The translations under genes were made by a program, and so were the position numbers. DNA of 64,000 bases, from NCBI GenBank assembly GCA_963796105.1, contig CAWCKJ010000004.1, forward strand, positions 1,152,001-1,216,000, read 5' to 3'. This document shows, one piece after another, positions 31,298 to 41,443 of this stretch (position 1 is the first letter of the stretch; each line of letters opens with the position of its first letter). This DNA is from a candidate division FCPU426 bacterium. Its GTDB lineage: Bacteria > Oederibacteriota > Muellerivitia > Muellerivitales > Muellerivitaceae. Under the pieces are notes generated by a model. That model was not told the DNA's origin and made no database searches. It saw only the letters and a program-made list of their open reading frames with translations.

Positions 31298-31961
31298 GCG
31301 CTTCACGCCCAAAGAAGTTGTCGTTAGTTTAAGTTGATAAAAATTTGGTTACTTCTACTGTGTCCCTGTGGCTGTCGTAGACAGCCAGTGGTGAAAAACC
31401 TTTTGTTTGTCATTCTTGTTAAAACTGTGGCGCTTCACGCCCAAAGAAGTTGTCGTTAGTTTAAGTTGATAAAAATTTGGTTATTTCTACTGTGTTCCCT
31501 GTGGTTGTCGTAGACAGCCTGTGGTGAATAACCTTTTTGTTTATCATTCTTGTTAAAACTGTGGCGCTTCACGCCCAATGAAGTTGTCGTTAGTTTAAGT
31601 TGATAAAAATTTGGTTATTTCTACTGTGTTCCCTGTGGCTGTCGTAGACAGCCTGTGGTGAAAAACTTTTTGTTTATCATTCTTGCTAATACTGTGGCGC
31701 TTCATACCCAAAGAAGGTTTCGTTAGGTTTAAGCCGTTAAAACAATGTGGTTTTTCCTACTGTGTACTCTGTGGCTGTCGTAGACAGCCTGTGGTGAAAA
31801 ACTTTTTGTTTATCATTCTTGTTAATACTGTGGCGCTTCATACCCAAAGAAGGTGTCGTTAGGTTTAAGCCGTTAAAACAATGTGGTTTTTCCTACTGTG
31901 TACTCTGTGGCTGTCGTAGACAGCCTGTGGTGAAAAACTTTTGTTTGTAATTCTTATTTAA
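31298..31961 (+). repeat. Non-coding tandem array of five ~132-136-bp units, each with a hairpin
   Basis: Units start at 31298, 31430, 31564, 31697 and 31833. Each contains GG(C/T)TGTC-GTA-GACAGCC followed by (T/A)GTGGTGAA. Confidence 0.92.
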
Positions 31962-31971
31962 GGAGCCATCC

Positions 31972-32943
31972 ATGGAATACACCCGATTAGGACGAGCCAG
32001 GCTTTCCGTGAGCCGCCTCTGCCTGGGAACGATGAATTTCGGGCCGGTCACCACCGAAGCCGGCAGCTTCGCCATCATGGACAAGGCCCTGGAACTCGGC
32101 ATCAATTTCTTCGACTCGGCCAACGTATACGGCTGGAAAAAAGGGGAGGGAGTCACCGAGCGGATTATCGGGCGTTGGTTCGCCCAGGGGGGCTGCCGCA
32201 GGGAAAAAACCGTGCTGGCCACCAAGGTTTACGGGGACATGGGCGACTGGCCCAACACCTCCCGGTTGTCCGCGCTCCACATCACCAAGGCTTGCGAGGC
32301 CAGCCTGAAGCGCCTGAAGACGGACTACATCGACCTCTACCAGATGCACCATGTGGACCTGGAGGCGCCCTGGGAGGAAGTCTGGCAGGCCATGGAAAAC
32401 CTCGTCCGCTCCGGAAAGGTGCTCTATGTGGGAAGCAGTAATTTCGCGGCCTGGAACATCGTCCAGGCCAACGAAGCGGCCAAAAGCCGGCATTTCATGG
32501 GCCTGGTCTCGGAGCAGAGCCATTACAACCTCAAGACCCGCATGGTCGAGCTGGAAGTATTGCCGGCCTGCCGTGCCTACGGCCTGGGCGTGATTCCCTG
32601 GAGCCCCCTGGCCGGAGGGTTGCTGGGCGGCGTCATGAAAAAGGTCAAGGAAGGGCGGCGCCAGGACCCGAGGGTGCAAAAGGAACTGAAGGAGAACCAC
32701 CTTAAGTACTCGGCCTGGGAAAAAATGTGCTCGCGTTTGGGCGAGGAGCCGGCGAACCTGGCCCTGGCCTGGCTGTTGAGCCGGGAGGGCGTGACAGCTC
32801 CCATCATCGGGCCCCGAACCATGGCCCAGCTCGAGGGATGCCAGAGGGCTCTCAAGATCAAGTTCTCGGCGGATACTCTCAAGAAAATCGACGCCATCTT
32901 CCCCGGGCCGGGGGGCGCGGCGCCCAAGGCCTATGCCTGGTAA
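31972..32943 (+). CDS. Aldo/keto reductase
   Basis: LCLGTMNFG, FFDSANVYG, LATK, SLKRLKTDYIDLYQMH, PWSPLAGG, PIIGPRT. Confidence 0.95.
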   Translation: MEYTRLGRARLSVSRLCLGTMNFGPVTTEAGSFAIMDKALELGINFFDSANVYGWKKGEGVTERIIGRWFAQGGCRREKTVLATKVYGDMGDWPNTSRLSALHITKACEASLKRLKTDYIDLYQMHHVDLEAPWEEVWQAMENLVRSGKVLYVGSSNFAAWNIVQANEAAKSRHFMGLVSEQSHYNLKTRMVELEVLPACRAYGLGVIPWSPLAGGLLGGVMKKVKEGRRQDPRVQKELKENHLKYSAWEKMCSRLGEEPANLALAWLLSREGVTAPIIGPRTMAQLEGCQRALKIKFSADTLKKIDAIFPGPGGAAPKAYAW

Positions 32944-33152
32944 AAAAAGCCCTTAATAAAAGGTTTTTCCTGGCGCCTTCCGATTTTTTTTTACCGTTAT
33001 TTTTCCGACAATTTTATCGTAAAATAACCCCCTGTTTTTATTAACCTAAACCCATTCCGACCATGCCTATCCAACTCCTCAGGAATCATTTTTTTGCGGA
33101 TGACCGGCACTCAATGAGTCCCGGAGTGAATCACTAGATCAACAGGAAATCC

Positions 33153-35051
33153 ATGGGCCTTCGCTCGATGTTTAGCTCCGTTTCGGGTCTCCAGTCCGAC
33201 AGCAATTGGCTGGACGTGATCGGGAACAACATCTCCAACGCGAACACGGTGGGGTATAAGGGAAGCCGCGTGGAGTTCGCCAGCCAGTTCGACCAGGGCC
33301 TGTTCGGCGGCTCCGCGGACAATCCTTCCGCCGGCTCGGGCGGCACCGACCCTGTCGGGGTCGGGCTGGGCACCAGGATGCAGTCCATCGACACACTTTT
33401 TACCCAGGGCGCGACCCAAGACACAGGGAACCCCTTGGATGTCTCCATCCAGGGCAACGGGTTCCTCATCGCCAAGAAGGACGGCCAGACCTACCTGACC
33501 CGCGCGGGCAACCTCACCTTTGACAGCCAGGGAAACCTGGTGGACCAGAACGGGGGGCTGATCCAGGGCTACAGCGCCTCCCTGACGCAGGAAGACACCG
33601 TCATCAACTCGACCTCCAATGTTCCCGGTTCGCCCGCCGTGACTATCAGCGCGTCCCTGACGGTGGATTCCAGCAACCCCGCCAGCATCACGAATATCCA
33701 GGTCAATCCCGATATGACCCTGCCGGCCCAACCCACGACCGAGGTTACTTTCCAGGGCAACCTGGACTCTTTCCAGCAGGCATCCAATCCCGGCGGGATC
33801 ACGGACTTAGCTCCTGGCGGGAATCCTATACTTCCCGTCGCGTGGAACGCCTATTTCTTCCCCCCGGGAATCGCGATGGACCCGACCCGCCTGGTTCCGA
33901 CGGCCCTGCAGGGCGGGGGTTACCCCAACTTCGGGCAGGATTTCGCATTACAGCAGGAAGGTAACCTTTCCGCGACCACGGCTTTTCCCATCCTGAACGG
34001 GGGGATCAGCCTGAGCGGGATGATTGGATTGGGGGGGACATACGCCTGGGACCAGGTCCCACCCATCACACCGGCGGACCAGGCCTCCATCCAGATCTAC
34101 GATTCCCTTGGTAACCCGAGAAATATCACCATCCAGTTCTACCAAATCGACGACTTGGGCGCGGCGGGAATCAATAATCCCGCCGGGCCCAACCAGGTTT
34201 GTTACGCCTGGTACGCTTTTGACACGACCGGCGGGGTTCCGGTGAAAACCTCGAATCTCCTGGGCGGGACGGGAATCGTCGAGGGCGATAACCTGCCGGA
34301 ATTCAACAATTGGCTCTATGACCGAGGGATCAATAACAACGTCTATATGGGGGATTTCGTTTGGTTCAATACTGACGGCTCCCTGGCTTCCAGCGGGGGA
34401 AGCGGAGGGCCCGATAACACCCCTCCGGGCGTCCCCAACTTCATGACGGTGCCCCGGATCTATATCCCGGCTTTCAATGTCAACCCGCCGGCGTCGCCTA
34501 TTCCCACACAGGGCGCGGGAATCGACGCTATCTTCCTGAACTTCGGGTCCTACGGGGTATTAGGCACGGGACGGCGTAACGGGCTCTACAGCGACGGGGA
34601 AGGAAGCTACCAGATCATCAACGGGGTCAGCACCTATGTGCCCAAGCAGACTGCCGCGGCCGTCTCGCAGAACGGCTACGCGGACGGGACCCTTCAAGGC
34701 CTGGGATTCCAGGAGGACGGGACCCTGTTGGGCAGTTTCTCCAACGGGCAGAAAGCCCCCCTCGCCCAATTGGCCCTGGCCAACGTGCAGAACGAGGAAG
34801 GACTGGAGAGGGTGGGGGGCAATTATTTCGCGGCTTCCGCCAACACCGGGGAATTCCAAATGGGCGTGGCGGGCAAGAACGGCTTCGGCCTGGTGCAGGG
34901 CGGGACCCTGGAACAGTCCAACGTGGACCTGACCACCGAGATGGTGACCTTGATCCAGGCTCAGCGTAGCTTCAACTCCAACGCCCGCATGTTGGCCACG
35001 AACGTGGAGACCATGCAGACCCAGGAGCAGTTGGGCCAGGGCTCGACTTAA
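33153..35051 (+). CDS. flgE: Flagellar hook protein FlgE (long, 632 aa), not in a flagellar operon
   Basis: VIGNNISNANTVGYK, TGNPLDVSIQGNGF, TRAGNL, IYDSLGN, LEQSNVDLTTEMVTLIQAQRSFNSNAR. Confidence 0.92.
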   Translation: MGLRSMFSSVSGLQSDSNWLDVIGNNISNANTVGYKGSRVEFASQFDQGLFGGSADNPSAGSGGTDPVGVGLGTRMQSIDTLFTQGATQDTGNPLDVSIQGNGFLIAKKDGQTYLTRAGNLTFDSQGNLVDQNGGLIQGYSASLTQEDTVINSTSNVPGSPAVTISASLTVDSSNPASITNIQVNPDMTLPAQPTTEVTFQGNLDSFQQASNPGGITDLAPGGNPILPVAWNAYFFPPGIAMDPTRLVPTALQGGGYPNFGQDFALQQEGNLSATTAFPILNGGISLSGMIGLGGTYAWDQVPPITPADQASIQIYDSLGNPRNITIQFYQIDDLGAAGINNPAGPNQVCYAWYAFDTTGGVPVKTSNLLGGTGIVEGDNLPEFNNWLYDRGINNNVYMGDFVWFNTDGSLASSGGSGGPDNTPPGVPNFMTVPRIYIPAFNVNPPASPIPTQGAGIDAIFLNFGSYGVLGTGRRNGLYSDGEGSYQIINGVSTYVPKQTAAAVSQNGYADGTLQGLGFQEDGTLLGSFSNGQKAPLAQLALANVQNEEGLERVGGNYFAASANTGEFQMGVAGKNGFGLVQGGTLEQSNVDLTTEMVTLIQAQRSFNSNARMLATNVETMQTQEQLGQGST

Positions 35052-35258
35052 AAAAATTAAATCCATCCAAAGCCGGAGCAGTTTCCGCAGTAAGTTTCTC
35101 CCGCCTTATCAAGCCTAGATTTTAACTGAGTCAAACCCTCGCGTTGATTTTTTGAAAGCCATCCTTTTCCCGGTTTTAAATTCCACCCGCCAAGTTCGTC
35201 GCGCGAATTAAAACCAAGTACCCGCTGGGTAACCCGATTCAATTATCCACTCTCCAAG

Positions 35259-35301
35259 CCGTGATCTAAGTCACGGAAAACCAAAATTAAATCTGTACTA
35301 T
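35259..35301 (+). promoter_or_regulatory. CRP/FNR-family-like box with downstream -10 element
   Basis: CCGTGA-tctaag-TCACGG (35259-35276), centred about 40-41 bp before the start implied by TACTAT at 35296-35301. Confidence 0.5.
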
Positions 35302-35530
35302 TTAGTAAAGAATGATGTCATAAAAAAGTCACTCCTTCGCAGGGACGAAAATTATTTCCCGGAAAAAGGTCCGGGGTCTTGCAATAAAAACCGGCGCGAC
35401 TGACAATCCATTCACGAGCATGTGTGAAAAGATTAAATGAGGTAACCGAAAGTAACTTCACTTCTCAGGAAATTTTCACGCGTGAGTCCGGCAGGTCCAA
35501 TCTTATCTTGAATCGTAAAAGGAGAGCGAA

Positions 35531-36232
35531 ATGTCGAGTAAAAAAAATCCGGTCCGGGCCGGGAGAAAAATATTTTCAAGAGCTTTGATCGGCGAGGCGG
35601 CCCTGGGCTTGAGCCTGGGATTGTTCCTGGTCTCCTTCGCGTTCGCGGACGGGGGAGGGAGCGTCTCCGGGGCCATCCACGTGAAGAAAGCCTACGTGGA
35701 AACCACGGGGGCCAAGAGCGACAAGGACGTGGTGGTGTACCTGGTGCCCGCGGCGAAGACCGCCTTCACGGCCCCGGCGGAGCACGCCAAGATGGACCAA
35801 ACCAAGCTCAATTTCATCCCCCGCGTGCTGGCCGTGCAAAAGGGAACCACCGTGGATTTCCTGAACAACGATTCCGTCAACCACAACGTCTCCTCCCCGG
35901 CCGCCTGCTGTTCCTTCGACCTGGGCCAATGGGGCAAGGGCGCGGTCAAGAGTTATAAGTTCGATACCGCGGGGGTCGCCCCCCTGCTTTGCAGCTTGCA
36001 TCCCGAGATGGGCGCTTTCGTGGTCGTCGTTGACACGCCCTATTTCACCACGGCCTCCCTCGTGACCAACAACGAGGAAAAGAAGCAATACGCCAAGTAC
36101 TCGATCGCGGGCGTTCCGGCGGGGGATTACACCCTGAAGGTTTGGAACGGCAAATTGACTGCCGCGGACCAAAAAGTGACCGTGGCCGACGGCGCCGCGA
36201 CGGCCGCCGACATCGACATCCACAAGAAATAG
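35531..36232 (+). CDS. Secreted cupredoxin (type-1 Cu motif) with carboxypeptidase-regulatory-like segments
   Basis: FIPRVLAV..GTTVDFLNND.VNHNV...CSLHPEM; GVPAGDYTLKVW. Confidence 0.8.
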   Translation: MSSKKNPVRAGRKIFSRALIGEAALGLSLGLFLVSFAFADGGGSVSGAIHVKKAYVETTGAKSDKDVVVYLVPAAKTAFTAPAEHAKMDQTKLNFIPRVLAVQKGTTVDFLNNDSVNHNVSSPAACCSFDLGQWGKGAVKSYKFDTAGVAPLLCSLHPEMGAFVVVVDTPYFTTASLVTNNEEKKQYAKYSIAGVPAGDYTLKVWNGKLTAADQKVTVADGAATAADIDIHKK

Positions 36233-36267
36233 AAACCACATCCAAATTAAGGGCCGGGGGAGGGTCC

Positions 36268-36804
36268 ATGAATTTCTCGAACAAGGGAAAGTGGGTTTTG
36301 GCCGTCTTCATCACGGCGGCCGGGGCCCTGCTTCCGGGTTTCATGACCCCTCCGCCTACGGAGGCCCCCCAGCGCAGGGATTTCGACATCGTGGCCCACA
36401 AGTACGCCTATGACCCCCCTGTTATCACCGTCAACCAGGGGGACGAGGTCCACATCAAGTTCTCCTCCCGGGACGTGACCCATGGTTTTTTCCTGGAAGG
36501 CTACGACATCGACGCCTTATCCGAGGCGGGCAAGCAGGGCATCCTATTCCGCCATCCCTCCGCGACCGCCTCCTTCACTCCGGCAGAGGAAATCACCTTC
36601 AAGGCGGATCAAAGGGGCAAGTTCAGGTACCGCTGTTCCATGACCTGCGGCTACATGCATCCCTTCATGATGGGCGTGATGATCGTCAAGCCCAACTCGC
36701 TCTTCGGAATGGCCTCGGGGCTCATGACCGGGTTGTTCTTGGCCGGTTTCGTCCTGGCCTGGCCCGCCAGGAAAATCCAGGTCCCCCAGGAGGCGGCCTC
36801 GTGA
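36268..36804 (+). CDS. Membrane-anchored CuA-type cupredoxin (COX2-like domain)
   Basis: DVTHGF and CSMTCGYMHPFM (CxxxCxxxHxxM); N- and C-terminal hydrophobic segments. Confidence 0.8.
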   Translation: MNFSNKGKWVLAVFITAAGALLPGFMTPPPTEAPQRRDFDIVAHKYAYDPPVITVNQGDEVHIKFSSRDVTHGFFLEGYDIDALSEAGKQGILFRHPSATASFTPAEEITFKADQRGKFRYRCSMTCGYMHPFMMGVMIVKPNSLFGMASGLMTGLFLAGFVLAWPARKIQVPQEAAS

Positions 36805-37268
36805 AAAGAAAACTCCAGGACCTCACCCCGCGGGAAATGCTGGCCTTGGCCGTCTCCATCGAGCAATCAAACCAGATGGCCCTTCACAACTTCTCCGGGA
36901 TGTTCCAAGGCTACGATGAAATGGTTTCCCTGAACTTCGAGGAAATGTCCCTGGAGGAGAACCGGCACGGCCAGCTCCTTCTGCAAAAGTACAACAAGTT
37001 GTTCAAGGAGCCCCTCCCCGAAATCAACGCTTTCGACGTGGAGGAAGTGGTGGAGGCCCTGGACTTCGACGATTCCGAGCACCTCATCTTCGACAGCCTG
37101 AAGGCGAAAAAGGTTTACCAGCTCGTGTATGAGGCCGAAAAAAGGGCCAAAAATTTTTACGACAACGCCGCGAGAGTCGTGAAGAACCAGGAACTTGTGA
37201 CCCTGTTCAAGGAACTGGCCGATATCGAGGGAAGTCACGCGGCCTGGCTGGAAAACAAAATCATATAG
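36801..37268 (+). CDS. Ferritin-like/rubrerythrin diiron protein
   Basis: AVSIE, EENRH, EAEKRAKNFY, LADIEGSH ExxH motifs. Confidence 0.82.
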   Translation: MKRKLQDLTPREMLALAVSIEQSNQMALHNFSGMFQGYDEMVSLNFEEMSLEENRHGQLLLQKYNKLFKEPLPEINAFDVEEVVEALDFDDSEHLIFDSLKAKKVYQLVYEAEKRAKNFYDNAARVVKNQELVTLFKELADIEGSHAAWLENKII

Positions 37269-37278
37269 GAGAGAACCC

Positions 37279-38799
37279 GTGAGCGAAGCCGTGAATCCCG
37301 AGATACCGATCCAGCCCCTGCCGAATCCCGCGCCCGTGGCGCGGTCCCTCCCGACGCCCCTGTCCCCCCCGCCTCCCCTGGAGGGATGGCGCATCGACCT
37401 GCTGAAGGCCTTTCCCCCGCTCAAGTGGCTGGTGAAACAGCGCTGGTTCCAGTTCGCGGTGGTCCTTCCCAACCTCATCTTCTTCATCCTCTTCCTGATG
37501 GCGGGAATCTGGGGAACGCCCGTGGGCAACCGCAACATCCTGATCGTCTTCGTGTGGATCTTCTGGTGGTTCCTCCTCATCAGCGCCATGGTGCCGTTTC
37601 TTTCCCGCGTCTGGTGCACCGTCTGCCCTTTCCCCTTCTTCGGGGAATGGATCCAGCGGGGCTCCCTGACCACCCCCAAGATGGCCACACCCGGGGCCAG
37701 GGGCGTCAAGGTGGGCGTCAACCGCTACTTTGGCCTCAACCTGCGCTGGCCCAAGGCCCTCTCCAACATCTGGATGCAGAACCTGGGCTTCCTGGGCCTC
37801 TGCACCTTCAGCGCCTTCTACCTGACCAGGCCTTTGGCCAGCGTGATCGTGCTGGGAACCCTCATCGTTATCGCCACCATCCTCCCCCTCATTTTCCGGC
37901 AGAGGGCCTTCTGCAACTACGTCTGCCCCGTTTCCGGGTTCCTGAGCCTCTACTCGATGAGCTCCATGGCGGAGGTGAGGTCCAAGGACGCGGACGTCTG
38001 CCTCAAGTGCCACGACAAGAGCTGCCTGGTGGGAAGCGAGAGGGGATGGGGCTGTCCCTGGTTCAATTTCCCCAGCAAGATGGAGCGAAACAACTACTGC
38101 GGGATGTGCATGGAATGCGTCAAGTCCTGCCCCCACGACAACATGACGGTGCGCCTGCGGCCCTTCGCCACCGACACCAAGCTCAAGGGATACGACGAGG
38201 CCTGGAAGGCCTTCATCATGCTCTGCCTGGCCCTGGCCTACAGCGTCATTTACCTGGGCCCCTACGGCATCTTCAAGGACCTGGCCAACTTCACCGAGAG
38301 CGGGAAGGGCGCGGGGGCCTTTATGTGCTACGCCCTCGTCCTCTGGAGCCTTCCCATGGCCGTTCTTCCGTCCATATTCTCCCTCTTCCACTGGATATCC
38401 CGGAAGGCCGCGGGCGCGCCTCCCAAGCCCTGGAAGGAATCATTCCTGTTGATGGCCTACCCCCTGGTGCCCTTGGGCCTGCTGGCCTGGATCGCCTTCA
38501 GCCTTCCCTTGATCTTCATCAACGGCAGTTACATCCTCGTCACCCTCTCCGACCCCTTCGGATGGGGCTGGGACCTTTTCCACACGGCCCACACCCCCTG
38601 GTTCCCGATCGTCCCGCAGTACATGCCGGCCATCCAGGTGGGCATCATGGCCATCGGGCTGATCCTGACCCTGAAATCGACCTTCAAGCAGGCGGGGAAG
38701 GTTTACGAGGACGCCGTGGCCAAGGTGCGGTTCGCGGCCCCCATGGCCGTTTTTTACACGGCCATCGTCCTTCTTTTCATCCAACTCTACGTGAACTGA
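37279..38799 (+). CDS. Polytopic membrane polyferredoxin (NapH/NosR-C-like 4Fe-4S binding protein)
   Basis: RVWCTVCP, RAFCNYVCP, CLKCHDKSC..GCP, CGMCMECVKSCP; many TM helices. Confidence 0.85.
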   Translation: MSEAVNPEIPIQPLPNPAPVARSLPTPLSPPPPLEGWRIDLLKAFPPLKWLVKQRWFQFAVVLPNLIFFILFLMAGIWGTPVGNRNILIVFVWIFWWFLLISAMVPFLSRVWCTVCPFPFFGEWIQRGSLTTPKMATPGARGVKVGVNRYFGLNLRWPKALSNIWMQNLGFLGLCTFSAFYLTRPLASVIVLGTLIVIATILPLIFRQRAFCNYVCPVSGFLSLYSMSSMAEVRSKDADVCLKCHDKSCLVGSERGWGCPWFNFPSKMERNNYCGMCMECVKSCPHDNMTVRLRPFATDTKLKGYDEAWKAFIMLCLALAYSVIYLGPYGIFKDLANFTESGKGAGAFMCYALVLWSLPMAVLPSIFSLFHWISRKAAGAPPKPWKESFLLMAYPLVPLGLLAWIAFSLPLIFINGSYILVTLSDPFGWGWDLFHTAHTPWFPIVPQYMPAIQVGIMAIGLILTLKSTFKQAGKVYEDAVAKVRFAAPMAVFYTAIVLLFIQLYVN

Positions 38800-38812
38800 G
38801 AAAGAGGAAACC

Positions 38813-39781
38813 ATGAAAATCCGGGAGCTGATCTCCATCGCCGCGACCCTGGCGGGCCTCGCCGCCGTGGCCGTGGTCCCTTTCTGGTACCAGAGGCAAA
38901 GATTGGCGGGGGAGCATAACGTCAAGACCATCGTCCTGACCGGAGTGGCCTCCACCGGCATCTGGACGGAGGACGACGTCACGGGCGCCAACTATTGGAA
39001 GGGCGATTTCAAGCCGGCGGAAATCCGCCTGGAGGCGGGCCAGCAGGTTCGCCTGATCCTGCGAAGCGCCGACGTTGTCCACCGCTTTTACATGCCGGAA
39101 CTGGGCATCGGGCCCATCGAGCTGGTCCCAGGCCATACCGAGGTGGTGAACTTCAAGGCCGACAAGGAGGGAATTTACCCCTATTACTGCACGGCGGTGT
39201 GCGGGGACTGCCATTTCCACATGCTGAACATGAGGGGATTGGTGGCCATCGGGAAAGAGGTCGATCCCAAGAACGTCCCCATCATCAACGAGCCCCTTTG
39301 CATGGCCAATATCACGTCCCCCATCCCCTCCTTCACGGATATCACCCAGAAGGGGCACTTCCTGTTCCAGACCCGCGGCTGCGTCACCTGCCACGGGGAG
39401 GACGGCGCGGGGGGCGTGCCGAACTTCAATTACGCCAGGGGAACCGTGCCGGCCCTGGACACGATGGCGGCCAAGCTGTCGCTGGAAAGCAAGGACGAGG
39501 CGGATGCCTTCACGAAGGCGCTGGAAGAGAAGAACGGACCCGCGAAGGACAAACCGGCCCCCGGATTGTCCAATTGGCCCCTGTCTTTCGCCCAGTACCA
39601 GTCGGTCCTGAAGACCATCGAGGGGGGAAGCCCTCCCCTGAAAGCGGACCCGAAGGGGCCTGAGCCGCCCCTCTTCATGCCCAGCTGGAAGGACAATCTG
39701 GACCATGAGCAGATCAACTCGATCATCGCCTTCCTCGTCTCAAAGCAAAAGTTCGAGGAGCACAAGGGCTGGGGGGAATAA
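38813..39781 (+). CDS. CuA cupredoxin-cytochrome c fusion
   Basis: N-terminal TM, DVVHRF, CTAVCGDCHFHM, heme motif CVTCH and distal MPSW. Confidence 0.82.
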   Translation: MKIRELISIAATLAGLAAVAVVPFWYQRQRLAGEHNVKTIVLTGVASTGIWTEDDVTGANYWKGDFKPAEIRLEAGQQVRLILRSADVVHRFYMPELGIGPIELVPGHTEVVNFKADKEGIYPYYCTAVCGDCHFHMLNMRGLVAIGKEVDPKNVPIINEPLCMANITSPIPSFTDITQKGHFLFQTRGCVTCHGEDGAGGVPNFNYARGTVPALDTMAAKLSLESKDEADAFTKALEEKNGPAKDKPAPGLSNWPLSFAQYQSVLKTIEGGSPPLKADPKGPEPPLFMPSWKDNLDHEQINSIIAFLVSKQKFEEHKGWGE

Positions 39782-39917
39782 AAACTCCCAGCGAGGAGCT
39801 GTTGAGAGTTTCATCGTTTGAATTTTGGAAATGATCCGCAATGAACTTCTGTGGTTGCGAAGCAACCTGTGGTGAAATCTTGGATTTGGTTGGAAGTATT
39901 AAAATAAGGAGAGTGAA

Positions 39918-41249
39918 ATGGCAAAGAATGATATGAAGGCGGTTTTGGGCGCCGTCGCCGTGATCCTGGGGTTGTGGATGGGCGCCAGCCCGGCCCAGGC
40001 CCTGCCGAGTTTCGCGAGGCAGACAGGCATGTCCTGCTCGGCCTGCCACACGGTTTTTCCGGAACTGACGACCTACGGGAGGACCTTCAAGCTTAACGGC
40101 TACACGACGAACAACTCCGATTCCCTCAAGGACGGGGCGGACGAGACGGGTTACAGGCTCAACATCAGCAACACGCCCCCGATTTCCGCCATGCTTCAGG
40201 TGGCCGATACCTTCACCAAGACCCCCCTTTCAGGAAACGTGGCGAACGGGTCTGACAACAACGGCCAATTGGAATTTCCGAGCCAGTTGAGCCTTTTCTA
40301 CGCGGGTGCCATCGCCCCCAAACTCGGGGCCTTCGCCCAGATCACCTATGATTCGGGCTCGGGAACCATTGGGATCGACAACACCGATATCCGCGTCGCG
40401 GACCGTTTCCAAGTCGCCAATACCGACCTGGTGCTGGGGATGACGCTCAATAACAACCCGACGGTGCAGGACGTTTTCAACAGCGTCCCGGCCTGGGGTT
40501 TTCCCTACGCCACGGGAAACACGGCCATCACGCCCTCAGTCGGCACCCAAATCGAGGGTTTGGGACAATCGGTCGGAGGACTGGGGGTCTATGCCTTTTG
40601 GAACCAGCTCCTGTACGCCGAGATTACCGCTTACCGAACAGCGCCCCAGGGAACGCCTGCGGCGGCTGACATCCAGGGTTTCGCGCCCTATTGGCGGGTG
40701 GCCTTGACCAAGGATTTCGGACAGAATTCCATCGAGGTGGGGGCCTACGGCCTGGACACTCACACTTATCCCGACGGGGTTGACCCGAGTTTGGGCTCCG
40801 CCGACGAGATTTCCGACTTCGCGGTGGACGGACAATACCAGTACGTGGGAAAGGAGCATATCCTGACCCTCAAGGGGACCTATATCTCGGAAAACCAGAC
40901 TTGGAATTTCTCCAACCTCAACGGATTGGCGGCGAACGCCAAGGATACGTTCCAATCCCTGCACGCGGACGCCACTTATTACTATGACCGGAAGCTCGGC
41001 GCCACCGTGGGCTATTTCACCACGACAGGCTCGGCGGATTCCGAGTTGTACGCCACGCTCGCCAATAACGTGCCGGACAGCGCCGGATGGATCCTGGAGG
41101 CCAATTACGTACCCTGGTACAACACCAAGTTCTCACTGCAATACACCATGTACGATAAGTTCGACGGCGCCGCCACGAATTACGACGGATTGGGACGAAA
41201 CGCATCCGATAACAATACCTTTATGGCCATGGCCTGGCTGATGTACTAA
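39918..41249 (+). CDS. cyc2: Cyc2-like outer-membrane cytochrome-porin fusion
   Basis: Signal peptide ending AQA, then LPSFARQTGMSCSACHTVFPELTTYGRTFKLNGY followed by a beta-barrel ending WLMY. Confidence 0.78.
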   Translation: MAKNDMKAVLGAVAVILGLWMGASPAQALPSFARQTGMSCSACHTVFPELTTYGRTFKLNGYTTNNSDSLKDGADETGYRLNISNTPPISAMLQVADTFTKTPLSGNVANGSDNNGQLEFPSQLSLFYAGAIAPKLGAFAQITYDSGSGTIGIDNTDIRVADRFQVANTDLVLGMTLNNNPTVQDVFNSVPAWGFPYATGNTAITPSVGTQIEGLGQSVGGLGVYAFWNQLLYAEITAYRTAPQGTPAAADIQGFAPYWRVALTKDFGQNSIEVGAYGLDTHTYPDGVDPSLGSADEISDFAVDGQYQYVGKEHILTLKGTYISENQTWNFSNLNGLAANAKDTFQSLHADATYYYDRKLGATVGYFTTTGSADSELYATLANNVPDSAGWILEANYVPWYNTKFSLQYTMYDKFDGAATNYDGLGRNASDNNTFMAMAWLMY

Positions 41250-41259
41250 AAAACCCTAA

Positions 41260-41435
41260 CAGGGTGCTGAAAAAGTCCCAAAAGCGGACTTTTTCAGCTG
41301 ACGACATTTGCGGAAACCCCACGATTCAACAGCGCTCATAGGGTAAATCCCCTATGTACCCTCAAACCAAAGCCTGCGGAATCTTTGGGGTCGCAGGTTG
41401 CTTTGTGGGCCTATTTTTACTTTTTCAGCAGCCTG
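41260..41435. mobile_element. MITE-like element (176 bp) with 17-bp terminal inverted repeats
   Basis: CAGGGTGCTGAAAAAGT ... ACTTTTTCAGCAGCCTG (16/17 match), plus an internal GGACTTTTTCAGC copy; no ORF. Confidence 0.6.
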
Positions 41436-41443
41436 ATAAATTT

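Noticed and set aside
31298..31961. CRISPR or coding repeat
   Set aside because: Whole units are near-identical with no spacers, and there are frequent stops on both strands.
33047..33073. Sigma28-like promoter before flgE (TAAA-N14-GCCTAT)
   Set aside because: Spacing and -10 match are too weak to call.
37261..38816. Long alternative-frame ORFs over the polyferredoxin gene (376 aa minus, 476 aa plus)
   Set aside because: Typical of high GC3 codon bias; no motifs.
36268..39781. Cytochrome c oxidase or N2O reductase operon
   Set aside because: CuA motifs are present but there is no heme-copper subunit I, NosZ propeller or nosDFY in the window.
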